Below, piece by piece: positions 1 through 15,100 of a stretch of 64,000 nt of DNA. The DNA is taken from positions 6,855,635 through 6,919,634 of the forward strand of contig CM074524.1 in assembly GCA_037379345.1 (NCBI GenBank). Reading direction: 5' to 3'. The stretch's first letter is position 1. Each line of letters opens with the position of its first letter. This DNA is from Perna viridis (taxonomy: Eukaryota). The position numbers and the translations under genes were made by a program. The notes under the pieces are model-generated. The model ran no database searches, had not been told where the DNA came from, and saw only the letters and a list, made by a program, of their open reading frames with translations.

Positions 1-100
1 GACACAAATAAACATTTTTTTTTTACTTTCCATTGAGCATCATTCATAATAAATCCAAATTAAGAGCATATCAAAACCCAATAAGATATTGAATACTTAC

Positions 101-180
101 TGAGGTCCACTAACAAAGAAAGAACCAAAGTTGACAGTGCCTTCTGGAGATGTTTTCAGCGTTTGAGGAGCTGGACTCAG
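101..180 (-). CDS. SMCHD1: SMCHD1 exon 31
   Basis: [26 protein letters not shown]|gtaagt. Confidence 0.8.
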
Positions 181-3100
181 CTAAAATAGAAAGACAACAG
201 TTCAAGAAACATACATGTACATCATATGTTTGTTACTATTTTTTTAATGTGTTTTTATTCAGAAGTATTTTCTGAATATCTACATAGTTTCATCAAATCT
301 GGTGCAGTAGTTTATTATATCAGGTACTTTACCTTAATCTTAGTGTCCTTAGCCATATGCATCTATATCAGGTACTTTACCTTAATCTTGGTATCCTTAG
401 TCATCTGTATCTTTATATTCGTGGACTTTACCTTAATCTTGGTATCCTTAGCAATCTGTATCCTTGTATCAGGTACTTTACCTTAATCTTGGTATCCTTA
501 GCTATCTGTATCCTTATATCAGGGACTTTACAAGGATTGTCATCGGCATCACAGATTTGTACAAGAAGGGGTTTGCTGATTTTGTTGTTATTAAGAACAG
601 TCACAGGCTGAAAATTAATCAAAACAATCATAAGATACATGTACATGAATTTGTAAGATTGCACAACAAATCATGTAATAAATGGTTGGTTCACTCAAAG
701 TAGCACTCCAGCTAAGAATCATGCAAAATGTGATTCACGGCTGGTAAGCCTACATATATTATTTTTTATACTTTGTTTAAAATGTTATAGTTAACAGAAA
801 TTAACATGTGACTTTTCATATAACCCATGCTCATAGGAGATACAAACTATATAGAATGTACTGTAGAATTCAATATTAAAGGAGACAATTCAATAAATGT
901 CACAAAAATACAATAGAAACTGTTGGATTTTCCATGTTGATTATCTTCTAAGAGCACTCCTTGTGGACTCTACTCCCGTACCGCAAGATGATGAAGAGCA
1001 GACAGATTGAAAAGAATAATTAAAAATTTCATCATATAGACCTATAAAGTAACTTAATAACAAAAATAAAAATATGTAGCTTTTTTAAAGGTGTATCACA
1101 TTTTACAGATTTTGCATGATTCTCAAAAGACTGCTACTTAATCTTTCTGATACATTTTCTTACACGAGCTAAAATATTTCTTGGTTTCCACACATTCCCT
1201 CCCACTTTTCATGGGTATATTATTACAAAATCAATGAAAATGCAATTAAATGTATAACCCTTAAGTTCAATTATCTCCCTTTAGAGTAGTCAGACACTAA
1301 CTATGTTCCTTCATACAGATCTACATATGATGCCCAACCTTCCTATAAAATTTAATCACAATTCCTTAAGCAGTTTAAGAGGAGTTTCCCAAATGACATT
1401 TAAAATGTTAAGTTGGATTATCTTCCTTCTGCGTGTTAGTCCTTCATGAACCTGCCTCGTACTCAAGTTACACACCTAGCCAGATCTTCATTGTGCTAGA
1501 TCTTCATTTCACAGAAGCAACAGCCTGCAGGTAGGAATGCAATCCCTTTCAGACTCATTCTTCTGACTCTGAGCCAACCAGTCATCACTCTATCCCCATC
1601 AATTCCCCATGCCTGGTGGAGAAACAGTCTCTACCAATTCTAAAGTTGTTGGTTTGACTTAACAGCAAAGATTCGACCCCATGACCTCCCACACTTAAGA
1701 GAAGTAGGTCACCCAGAGGTCACCCAGGAAGTTGATTTATTACTTACTTGATTAAGATCCCATCCAGGTGCTATTAGTTTAGCTGGAGGTCCAGATACAA
1801 GTTGTATCTTACAAAAGTCTCGATGTTCTCTCCACTGAATCTTTATATCCTTGATTCCGACTTTAACTCCAACAAACTGGATCCCCTTTATCACAAATGT
1901 ACCCTAAACGACAAAAAAAAAAATTATTACAATAAGATGATTAAATATATCCCAGGGTAAACAAAGGAAGTGAAAACAGTTGAAATTGGAAGTTACTGTA
2001 CAATAAAATAAAGAATCATAAAACTAAAATTCTGACTTGAAAAAGTGGAATTCAGCTTTAAAACAGAAGAAAAGCAGGCTGATACCAATACATTAAGCAG
2101 AAGAGCTTGCTGACCAAGTGCACAGTAACCAATTTATATAGAATTCAAATATTGGGATTTGTCATATTCCAGCAGAAGATTTTCCATTGAAATCAACATT
2201 TTTACAAGAAATGTTAAAGAATGGCTCCTTGATTTTCTGAACATCATTAAAGAAGCCTGTTCTCAAAATCTGAATTATAATCACAACAATCTTGGTGATT
2301 GAAAGGAACTGTAACTCCTAAGCTGCTATACCTCCAAGACAGTTAGTGAGAAACTGATTTGGACCCAAATGACTCATAACATGATATTACGAAACTTTGA
2401 GAAACCATAATTTTATAGCCATAAATAAAGGTACCTCCACAGTTATCAAAATTATGACTGTTAAAATACTGTAACCGTAATATTTTTTGCTGTTGTTAAT
2501 TTTTGGTGGATTATGTCAAGTCAAAATATTCGCAGGTATAAATTTTGGTGGATTATGTCAAGTCAACATATTCGCAGGTATAAATTTTGATAGATTATGT
2601 CAAGTCAACATTTTCGCATGTATAAATTTTTATAAAGCTTCAAAAAATTATTAGTATCAGAGGCTGTTATAAGTCAATTTTGCAGGTACAATTTTTTTCC
2701 GCTTTTCTGTCCATCGTGAAAATAGCAAAAATTAGTACACCACAAAAATTAATAAGTTCAATGCATACATGAAACAAAACCAGTGGATCATACATGTACA
2801 TTAAATTCCTGAGATTACATATCCTTTTAAGATACACACCTTTGATTGGATAACCTTTATTTTATCAGATTCCAATCCATCTGCAGTTACACTGAACTCA
2901 CTGGTGGTATTTTTTGGCAGCTAAAGAAGAAAAAAATAAATATAATTAAAGAACCTTAGTGAGCGTGCTCACATACCCCACACGTCCTCATGTTGGATAC
3001 TCAAGTAAATTTGTAAGAGAACTACATATAGAAGGACCCTGATATAAAAAGGAATAAAAGTGTTTTTTTAGGCTTTTGACCTTTATCTTATAACTAAATT

Positions 3101-6100
3101 GTGTTACTCAGAATGGTAGTTTCAAACTCCAGACTGTGATTTCTTAGAGTTTTAGTTTATCGAAAGTAAATATCATCGTAGCGGAACAAAATGTACACTT
3201 AACCTGTAACTTATCATGGTGAACTTATATACCAAAAATCATGTCATAATCTGCAAGCGTTTAGAAAAAAGTCAGAAAAAAGGTTATTGCTGTGAAGTTC
3301 AAGGCCTGTAATTTTGGTAAAAATCATCCGAGTGGAACCAACTACAAACTTGTCCTGTAATTTATCATGTTGAATTTCTGTACTAAAAATCATATCAATA
3401 TCTGCAAACATTTAGAAAAAAAAATCCAGAAAACTGTTATTACTGTGAATTTTGCTAAGTTCAAGGCTGGTAATTTTGGTAAAAATCATCAGAGCGGAAC
3501 AAAACATAAACTTGACCTGTAACTTATGGTGAGTTTATATACCAAAAATCATGTCAATGTCTGCATGCATTTAGAAAAAAAGTCTGGAAAAAAGTTTTTT
3601 CTGTGAATTTTGCTAAGTTCAAGGACCGTAATTTCAGTAAAAATTGTCAGAGTGGAACGAAATGTCAACTTGACCTGTAACATATCACGGTGAACTTATA
3701 TACCAAAAGTCAAGTCAATATCTGCAAGTGTTTAGAAAAAAAGTCAGGATAACTGTTATTTTTGTGAATTTTGCTAAGTTCAAGACCCGTTATTTCGGTA
3801 AAAATCATCGGAACGAAACGAAAGTTAAACTTGACCTGACTTGATCATGGTGAATTATATACCATAAATCATGTCCATATCTGCAAGCGTTTAGAAAAAA
3901 AGTCAACAAAACTGATGATGGACTGATGTACGGACTGACAGACGGACCAAAAACATTATACCCTTCGCAACTTTGTTGCATGGGGTATAATTAATTGAAA
4001 ACATGTAATATACCTTTTTTTTAAAGCTGAAAAATGTAGCTTTCATCAAAAAAGGGCAAATAATTAAGGTTTTTCTAACGATGATTAGTCTTTTAAATAT
4101 ATTATATACACATAGCAAGTACATGTATATTTTTAGTAATGTTGAATCTTACAAGCTTAGCAGATAAGTCTTTTTTATCTACTTTATTTTAGTTCCTTGA
4201 GTGTTCATTTTCACTTACTTGTTGTTTTTAAATCTATTCTCTTCAATTCATCTTTAACCCTTTACAAAAGGGACAAGATTGGATCAGCTTACAAAAGTAG
4301 TTGAATACTGTGAAAGTACCTTAATTTGTGGACACAACTTTTCGATGATCAGGGAAGAAACACAAGTTCATGGATTTTTAAATTTGTGGTTTCAAAGTTT
4401 TCAGTGCACATGAATGGATATTTACTTTTCATTAGGAAGCGAATTAGACCTACCCACGAAAACCACGAAAATTGGTACTCCACAAACAATATTACTTTCA
4501 CAATAGATTATATCAAAATATTTTAATTTGATTTGAAACAGGCTTTCTGATTGGTTGGTTCTCTTTGAGCAAACCAAGTTATTTTGTATTACATTATTTC
4601 ACAAGAACAATGAACTTACATCTGATATCTCATTTCCAAATCTATCCTTGACCTTCACATGAAGTTCAGAAGTCAACACCTCCCCAATCCTGAGAAGATT
4701 TGACCCTTCACATTTGCATTTGATCTGGTTTGGTTCAGCCGGTTTACCACTGACGACAAAGTTGAAATCAACACCTGAGCCATCCTGAACAGAGACCTGA
4801 CAATACTTTACGTCTGATACTATAACAGGAACCTTGATGTCTGGTAGATTTCCACTAAGTATTTTGTCCTTGGCTGTTTTCGGTGTCCAATTTACCTGAA
4901 ACAATGCATTAAATTATTATTTTGTGTTGAGTATATACAATGCACAAGTATTACATATCACTGAGTGGGTTTGTTTTTTTTTAAAATGGACGATGGAAAT
5001 TCTCTGCATTTTCAAAAAACTGAGGAGAAAGTACTATTGTTCATGGGGTACCAATTTCGTGGTTTTTGTGGGTGAGCCAGACCATGAAGTCTGGTTTCTA
5101 AAGAAAAGAAGATTTCCATTGATGTGTATACTGAAAACCTCAAAGCCAGGAATTCAAGTATCTTCCCTGGTCCACAAAAATTGGTATCTATGAATTAAAG
5201 TACTTTCATGGTAATGATAAGTTTTGTCCGTCATGATTTTTTTCTGAGGAGACGATATGAATCGGGTTGTGAACTACATAATTGTAAAAACTACACGTAA
5301 GTTTAAACTCCACACAGCCACAATCCTTCACTTCAGAATATAATACATGTACAAGTGAATTCAGTAGGTTTTTGACATGCATGAATCCTGCCTTATCTTG
5401 AAAAAGACAGATACTAAGTGAGCTCATTACTCAACAAGACTTCCATCGATGAACAAACTTGAGGTCAGAGAAAAAAATAAGTTACCTGTTTAAGGTTACC
5501 CTACCTACCATAGTGCAACTTACTGGCTTTTTTAGTTGAGTACTATTAGTCAAGAAATCCTACCATAAGTGTCTATATAGAATAATTTCACAAAAATTTT
5601 ACTTTCCAACCCTACTTTGTCATTCAAGTCGCTCATGTGCTTGCAGAATGAAGGAGCTGGGAAATTGTATGCAAAAGAGAGTATAAAATTGCCCACAGAA
5701 TGAAGCGGGAAGGAAATTACATTTTACCTACCAACCATACTTTGTCATTCAAGTCATTCATTTGTTACATTAAATTCTTGGCCTAATAAACTATTCCTAA
5801 GACTTACTTTTATTTTTGCAGCAATTGCATCATCAATTTCAATATTTCTGCCAGCTTCATCAGTAAGGCTAAAACCTAAAATGGCAGACATGGTTTCAAT
5901 TCAACTACATGTTTTTGCATATGTATGACTCTGTATGTGAAATTTACTACACTAATTCCCTGCTTATATAATAACCCGTAACTTGACTATTTATGAGCAA
6001 CTTGGCGGGTGTTTCTAGAAAAGCAGAGGACTCCTCCACTAACACAAATTAGGTATAGGAGGAAGACATTTTTTAGTTTATACAACCGTGGTTGTCAGAA

Positions 6101-9100
6101 CTAGTGAGAATATGAATAAAATACTATTTATAAACTTATCTTAAAATTGCATCTGTTATCCCTCTGGTAAATGCATATATGTGCCTTCCCCCAATACATG
6201 TTTAAAAGAGCAGTCTCAGAAAAAATTAACTATAACATTTCATAAAAACAAGCATTCTGAGAGTATTGCAAAACAATATGTGGTCCCCTGTCTATATCAC
6301 TGAGTCAGTGAATGACCCAAATACTACTTTGGATCATCAAGTATAAATGACAAACTGAGGAAATGACCAATTTCCAATTGCAAAACTTAAATTTTGGTAA
6401 AATTTTCAAAGTTCAAGAGCCAAAACTCAACGAAGCACAACAAAGGTAAACATAATCTCTCATTTGGAAAATTACAATTTTTTTCAGGACTGACAGACAG
6501 ACGGAATGTAAATCTAAAGTCCCCTTCAGCTAAAGCCTGTAGGAGACCTACAATTAAAGGTGTGGAGGTTGCAATTAGGCCACCTATTGTCAGACTTAAT
6601 AATGACAAAATTTAAATAAATATTCTTTAAATTGTTATCAGTTCAACTTACAGTTGTATTTGGTCATCTCAAAATAAACTTTGACCCAAAATTATGTAAT
6701 GCCCCATTTAAACATAAGAAAGACTGTTGGCAAAGCTAACTGGCTTGATACTCCCCCCCCCTTCCACATTTTGAAAACATGCACCTTTTGACCTCCATTA
6801 TGAGTAATAAAAGTTTCATTAAATTCTATTTGGTGGTGTAGGAGGAGTAACGGACAAAAGATTGATACACATCTGCGAAAAGGAAAGCAGGAAGGATGGA
6901 CACCATATCACTGTAAAACCCTACTCAAAGTAGGGTTTTAAAAAGGAAACCTTGACATAAAAGTAACCAATGTAAAACATACTAAGCCCTTGGATGTTCT
7001 GTCCAGCAATGGCTTCTATTGTCTGCCCTTCTTTCAAGACAACTGGTTTGCCATTCTCCAACATGTGGCACACCTCTATACTTGAGATTCTACCACTGGG
7101 TACTATGTGGACCTTTCTTTCCACAGCTTTGACATCTTTATGACCCTGGAAATACATGCATGATGCTAAAGATTAAAATTACTGCTTAATTATTAAATAC
7201 AGAAAAATATACAAAAAAAAAGCTTTTTTTCTCATTCATATCTTTATCTCGATTTTTAAAAAGGCACCATTTTGACAATTCATGCATGTTTATTCCTGTG
7301 ATTTCATCATACATTTGATAACTACTTCATTCTTTAGACTTAAATTGGTTGCCCATTTAACTGTATGTATTTCTACGTGTGTGTTACTTTGTTTATTTGA
7401 TCGTCTTTTGTTTTGCTTTGTTTTGTGGTGCTTTATTGCTTTTTGCTGTTTTTATTTTGCTTTATTATCATTGGATAATGCTTTTTGTTACCTTTAAATT
7501 TTGATTTGTCTACATGTCTTCATATCCAGTAATATCATCTTCATTAACATAGTTCACATTGTAAGAAATGGTCAATTTTCCTGTTTTTTATCATTACCTG
7601 TAATTCTATTTTTGCAGTTATAACCTGGTTGTCCTTTAACTTCTTCAGCAGGATTTCCTCCCCTGTCAGTTTACCAAAGCCAGCGGCTGAGCAGTCTAGG
7701 GAATAGGTAGGCAGTCCACTTACACCAGTAAACTGTGAATGCAGATAATATTGTTGAGTAAGAATGTTCACATTGAAAACATGAAAAAAACTTCAAACTT
7801 CAAAATATTAATCACTTTTTCAATTAGAAAAGTTTTATTTAATCTTTGGACTTTTACTATTAAGTAGATGTCCTTGTAAGAATCATGCAATATCTGAAAA
7901 ATGTGATACACCCCAAAAAAGGCTACATATTTTTATTTTTGTACTTAAGTTGTTTTATGGATCTATATAATGAAATGTGTAATTATTCTTTCAAATCCCC
8001 TATCCCCCAAAATGGTTCTACAACACTAAAAACGATGTAGCTTATATCTGATTACATAATAATAGAAATATCGAGGTTTAATCCAGCTTTTTTCCTATCA
8101 AAACATAACATCCATTGTCCTTGACCGGCGCCATTTTCGAATTTGTAACCAATGTAAACAAGTATGAAACTGATTGATTTTCAACACGTTTTGCTGTCAG
8201 TTCTGCTGATGGCAACACTCATCGTAGATCTCAATCACCAACACATCAAATCAGAGTACCTCGATGGGAAATATGACAATATACAAGGAAATACTTACCT
8301 GAAGTTAATACACTGCAGCGTTACAATGACAGTCAAATCCAGAAAATTACACTATCCAGTGTCAGACCTCTTCAACACTAACTTGTATACTTCAGCATGT
8401 TACTCATAATAAGATCAGCTGATGTGGAATGCAATCCAGGCCCACGAACACCAAAGTACCCATGTCAAGTCTCTTCAAAAGTTGTCACTTGGAAGCAAAG
8501 GGGAGTAGCCTGTGATGACTGTTCTAAATGGTACCATGCCGAATGCATGGGCATAACAACTCCAATATATGAAGCCCTTGCCTGTTCCAATATATCATGG
8601 CAATGTGTAAATTGTGGAATGCCCAACTTTGCCTCCTCACTATTTGAATCAACAATCATCGACTCCACTACCAATAACAGTTTTTCATCACTTTCATTTG
8701 ATGAAAGTATAACCACCCCTAAACCACCAACCTTTTCATCTTCACCGAAAAGTAGACCAAACCAGAATAAACATATACAATCCACCAAATCTTCTGACAC
8801 CAAGATAATAGTGGTTAACTTCCAGAGCATTAAAAATAAAAAAGAAGAAGTACTCACACAACTTGATCAAAACAACTAACGCCGACATAATCCTAGGCAC
8901 AGAGACATGGCTTCCAACAGATATAATCCTAGGCACAGAGACATGGCTTCCAACAGATATAATCCTAGGCACAGAGACATGGCTTCCAACAGACATAATC
9001 CTAGGCACAGAGACATGGCTTCCAACAGACATAATCCTAGGCACAGAGACATGGCTTCCAACAGACATAATCCTAGGCACAGAGACATGGCTTCCAACAG

Positions 9101-12100
9101 ATATAATGAGCTCTGAGATTTTTCCATCAACATATACTGTATATGGAAAAGATCGAAATGATGGTTATGGAGGAGTGTTAATAGCGATAAAAAACAACAT
9201 CACAAGTGAAGAACTTAAAGTCGACACCAGAACCGAATCAGTATTTGTTAAACTGACATGCCAGGGGAATAGAACAACCATTATAGGATGCCTATATAGA
9301 CCACCAAATAGTGTCATTGACTATATTGATAATATGCATTCTGCAATCGAATCAACATATCAACATCACAAAAACTCAGTTATGTGGCTAGGAGGAGATC
9401 TGAACCTACCAGACATAGAATGGAACACATCAACTATCAATGGACACCAAAACTCATCCCAGATAAACACCAGATTTATAGACAAACGAATGCTGCTTGG
9501 AACAGATTGTAGATTTTCCAACTAGAGGAACATCAATCCTGGATTTATTCTTAACAAATAGACCAACCCTGTTAAACTGATGTGAACCATTACCTGGAAT
9601 AAGCGACCATGATACAGTCTTTATCAACTCCAAAATAGCAACAAGAAATCCAAAACCGACAAAACGAAAGATCTATAGTAAAGCAATTCAAAGAACAGTT
9701 TAATGTCAGAAGCCAGGTAGCAGATATGTCGAACTACATACAGATAGAACTACTTGGGATACAAGAGGAACATGTACCATAAAAAATGACATCATCAAAG
9801 TTCCACCAACCATGGATCAACAGAGACATTAACAGAGTAACATCGCAAAAGAAAAAGGCATTTAAAAAAGCCAGAAGAACAAAATCAGAGAAAGACTTCA
9901 AAAGATATAAGAAGCTGAAGAAAACATCACAGAAAGAATGTAAGAACGCCTATGCCAATTATGTCCATGACATCATAAGCCCTGACTTCAAAGGAAATCC
10001 AAAGAAGTTCTACAGTTTCATCAAAAGCAAAAAATGGGATAACATAGGAGTATCACCACTGAGAAACAAAGATGGCCTAACTTACTCTGACAACAGTACC
10101 AAGGCAAATATACTCAATAATCAATTTTCCTCCGTTTTCAACTCCAATGAAGATAATTCCACCATTAAGACAATGAAAAGTGATCCATATCCATCAATGA
10201 CCAACATTACAGTCACAGAAAAAGGAGTACTTAAACTACAATCAGACCTCAATATTTACAAAGCAACTGGACCAGACAATATCTCAACCCGATTATTAGA
10301 CACTAGCACCAGAGCTGACACCACTATTCACCATCTCCTTCCAAGCCTCACTAGACCAGGGCAAGATACCAACTGACTGGAAGAATGCCAATGTAGTTCC
10401 AATATTCAAGAAGGGGGACCGTAGCCAAGCATCCAACTACAGGCCGGTTTCACTAACAGCAATACTCTGTAAAATGCTAGAACACATCATCTGCAGTAAC
10501 ATCCATAAACACCTGCAGCTACACACCATCTTGACAGATGCACAACACGGATTTAGAAAGGAGAGATCATGTGAATCCCAACTGATACTAACAGTCAATG
10601 ACCTGGCCAAGAACATAGATGACAAGGGACAAATAGATCTAATCCTACTAGACTTTTCTAAAGCCTTCGATAAAGTACCACACGGGAGGTTATTATACAA
10701 GATTGACCACTATGGCATCAGAGGTTCAACCCTAACCTGGCTCAGAGGCTTCCTAAGTAATCGGCAACAAAAATTTCTTCTGGAAGGTGAATGCTCAGCA
10801 ACAGCTTCAGTCCAATCAGGAGTTCTGCAGGGGAGTGTACTTGGACCACTAATGTTCCTCATCTTCATAAATGACTTACTAGAATATGTATCATCTGCCA
10901 ACGTAAGATTACTTGCTGATGACTGTGTCCTTTACAACCAGATCAAGAATACAGCAGACACAGAAACCTTACAAAATGACTTGAATGGTTTACAACAATG
11001 GGAGTCTGACTGGCAAATGGAATTCCATCCCCAAAAATGCCAATTATTGAGAATTACCACCAAAAAGACACCAGTCAATGGCCAATACAACATCCATGGT
11101 CACACACTTGAAGAGGTAGACTCTGCAAAATATCTAGGAGTGACAATCCACAAGACACTGAGCTGGAACCATCACATCAGCAACATAACAAAAAGAGCCA
11201 ATTCCACCAGAGCCTTTCTCCAGAGGAACTTGCGTAGCTGCCCTAATAACACCAAGGCACTCTGCTACCAGACACTAGTCAGACCATTGATGGAGTACTC
11301 CTGTACCATCTGGGATCCTCACACTCGGGAAAACATCAGTAAACTAGAAGCAGTACAGCAAAGAACAGCATGCTTTGTTATGAATGACTACAACAGGACC
11401 AGCAGTGTAACATCAATGCTGCAGAATCTTAAATGGGAGCCCCTACAACAACAGAGAGCGAGATGTAAAGCCATCATGATGTACCGTATAGTACATGGTC
11501 TGGTTGTCATACCACCAGGTGCATATCTAACATCACGCACAACCAACAACAGACGGAACTACCAGTTCAGCTATCTCGTCCCATTCGCAAGAACAGAAGT
11601 ATTTAGATACTCATTCTTTCCGGACACTATAAGATTGTGGAACGGGCTACCAGACACATTGATATCCAGCAGCTCTCTTGATACTTTCAAGTCAGGAGTG
11701 CAGTCCGTCCAAGTCAGATAAACAGCTATCGTCGTTTTTAATCTCACTGTATATATGGATCACTCACAGCACTACAAATTTGCACACAGATGTTTTTCTC
11801 GCATCGACCACTGTATATAAAAGTACGACGATACTCCAGTGAAGGACTGTACTTAAACGGAAAAGAAAAATCTGCCTGCTCTTGGGCGATAATCAACATT
11901 AAAAGTCCAATAGATTCTATTATATTTGAGTATCATTTACAGAGTTATCTCCCTTACTTCTAAATTCTACAGTGCATTCTATACAATTTTTATCTTCTAT
12001 GAGCACAGGTTATATTAAAAACCAAATGTTAAATTCTGTTTACTAAAGCATTTTAAACAAGATAACAAAAACAAAAATCTGCAGGTTTTCAAACCATGTA

Positions 12101-15100
12101 TCACATTTTGCATGATTCTTAGCTGGAGTGCTACTAAAATAATTCCTAATTATAGTTGTTACATGAATATATATGTATCATCTAATTGTTAGATATCATA
12201 CAAAAAATATGACATTAATAGAACATTAAATGATACCCTGACATATTATGTTGGAAAAAGTGGATGGCAAAATGTCCAAAATGGCATAAATCAAAAACAA
12301 CATTTTGGATTTTGCTGAAATTGAACTAAACCTGTATTTTATGGTACTATACAACTAGGCCAAGTTGTAAAAAAACCATTGTTCCATTCTCAACCTATCC
12401 TCTGGAAATCTTTGTGTGGGACAGACATATAGACAGACATGCAACTTTTCAGAGGGTATCGTAATATCTTACCACTTTTTAGTGGTGAGGCATAAAAACA
12501 CAACTAAAAACTTTTCTTTTGAGTATTGTTTTTTTTTTCCCTTTTTCCTCCGTGAGCCTCTTTAAATACTTCGCTAGCAAGTAACAAATCTAGGTTTACC
12601 ATTTATGAGCCACAAGGTATTGGGACTACAGCTTTAAATGTGATCTTAAATTTTAATTTTTAATGGTGTACAAATGTCTTAAGGTATGCATGAACATGTA
12701 TGTGTAGTTTAATTGATGAGTAAATAATTTATGTCTTGTTGTAGTTCATGAATTTTAGAAGGGAATAGTGGTTAATAAAGGCAATATTGAACATATCATT
12801 ATCTACAATCTTGAGATTAATTTTGTTTGCTCCCATTTTGAGAATTCATTATTTTTTTAAATTTTAGATAAGGAAGCAGAATCCATAAAACTGCTGCTTT
12901 TAAAAAGTTAGATGTAATTTCTTTTCAAACATGTCTATATGTTTAGCTAAAAATGCGGAAATTGCCAAAATCCGAAATAAATATAAGGTAAACAGAAAAA
13001 TCTAGATTTGAAAAAGGGGATGTAAATCTAATCTTCATTTTACATTTGCGGCAGTTTTTCGATAGACCTTGCATATACACATGAGTTTCCCAAAATTAGT
13101 GAATTTTTTTAACCAACCTTAGATGTACACACGAGTTTCCTGTCATACGTGATGTTTTTGACTGACCTTACATGTACATATGAGTTTCCCATCATTAGTA
13201 ACATTTCCAGCAAAGTCATGGATTTCTACATTAAATATGACAGGATTTCCATTCTCAATCTCTACATCTTTCCCTTCCTTAACTACCAATTCAGCTGGTG
13301 AGCCTGCACAACATATCAATAGAACAATTACGGTGAAATTTGTCTAAACCAAAACTGACATGAATGAACTTAAGGAGGTAGACCTAAGGTAAGAAACGTA
13401 ACTCTTGAAGTCAGTGATATGTTTGTATCATACTCAATTTCACCAAATATTAACAAGCTTTCCTTTGAAAAAGAATGAAATCAGTCCAAGTTACTCTGAT
13501 GCTTGCATGAGATTGATGTAAAATGCTGAATACAAAGTGTTCCAATGATTTGTAAGAGTTGTGTCCCTTACCCGAGATCTAGCCTTAAAACAATGTCTGG
13601 TTATGACAGATTACTGGTTTGGTTGTGGTGCAGTTAAGACAGGTTTTACTGTATTAAGTATAATTCTGTTTAAAAGTCATGCATGGGGTGCTTCATTACT
13701 TAACAAGTAAATCTGGTTTGTAAGATGTATTTTAATTGGCTGAATCATTAGTAGTTACAATGATAAAAAATCTTTGTCATGACATCATACACATAATTTC
13801 AACTTTTTTAAAGCACAAATATCATGTAATTGTACTGAATTTTAGTTCTATTTATCAAAAATTAACACTACTTCCATTTAAAAACTACCCAACCTGCTTC
13901 TTGTAAAATGAACAATCTACAATACGAATTCCCATTTTTTATTGAGGATATTATCTTGAATAATCTATAAACTATAGAAAGATATATATTCTAATTTTAA
14001 TTCTATGATGGGAATTGGAAAATAAGGAAAACCCATAAGCCTTATGACAGCCAATTTGTCAGTTTACATGTACATTTACACATATTGAGTATATGTATTT
14101 TAGCATGATAGGTAACCAGTCACCCCCATTATTAAGTACTTCTCCATCTAAGAATCGGGCAACATGTATACAAGGTGTGGCACATGAGGGACAAAAATGC
14201 AGATTTTATTGCATTAACCAATTATTTATACCTGATAACCTCCAGAAATAACCATCAAAGTGTTTGTAAAATTTGCCTTTTTAAAACATTGATAAGTCAA
14301 ATTTAGTTGAAATGCACTATGGAAAAATGGCGGGAAAATTTTTCGACAATTTTTCCTTATATAAGCAGTCAAAAAATATCTATGTCATAGAGGCTTCAGA
14401 ATAAATTTAAATAGTTTTTCTAGGTGTATTGAATATATTTGTGGCAAAACAGACCAAATTGAGAAATATGATGTGCCACTCTTTGCCTGATTCTCACACA
14501 GAATGGTACTTAAAATCTACTCCATTAACTGACCTGGAAGAAATCTAATCTTTAATGTCTGAGATGCATTATCTAGCTGCTTGATCTTTACTGTCAGGTT
14601 GAAACTCTAGGAGAAATATAATATCAAAGTCAATAATGTTAAGTAGCAGTCTTTCTAAAAATCAGACAGAAGGTGATTCATGCATGTCAAAAACCCACCA
14701 AATTCAGTTTTATTTCTTGTTCTTAGTTTTTCATTTGGTTGTTGCACTTTTGAAATAAAAATTATATAGATTGTACATGAAATTTGCACTTTGCAAGAGT
14801 TGTTGTTCTTGATGTGGTTTCATTTGGTTGCTTTTAGTGGAGATTAATGTATGATTTTCTAAAAAGTGCAAATCTATATGCAGAAAGGTTGTTGCTTTGT
14901 GAAAGTATAGCATATGTAGACTAAAAAAGCATTGTTTATTTGGTGGGTTTTTCTTGACCATGAATCACTTTACCATTGGTAGTGTCATAATTTTACATGG
15001 ACTGGTACTTAACAACTAAGAAATTACTGTAACAGAAGCTTAAATAATATTTGACGAATGATACTGATTAAAACATCATTAAAACAGACTAACTAACTTG

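Noticed and set aside
226-703. Overlapping plus-strand hydrophobic ORFs
   Set aside because: Antisense readings of the exon 30 junction repeat
8465-9133. Alternative-frame and antisense repetitive ORFs
   Set aside because: Shadows of the LINE ORF and its 36-bp repeat
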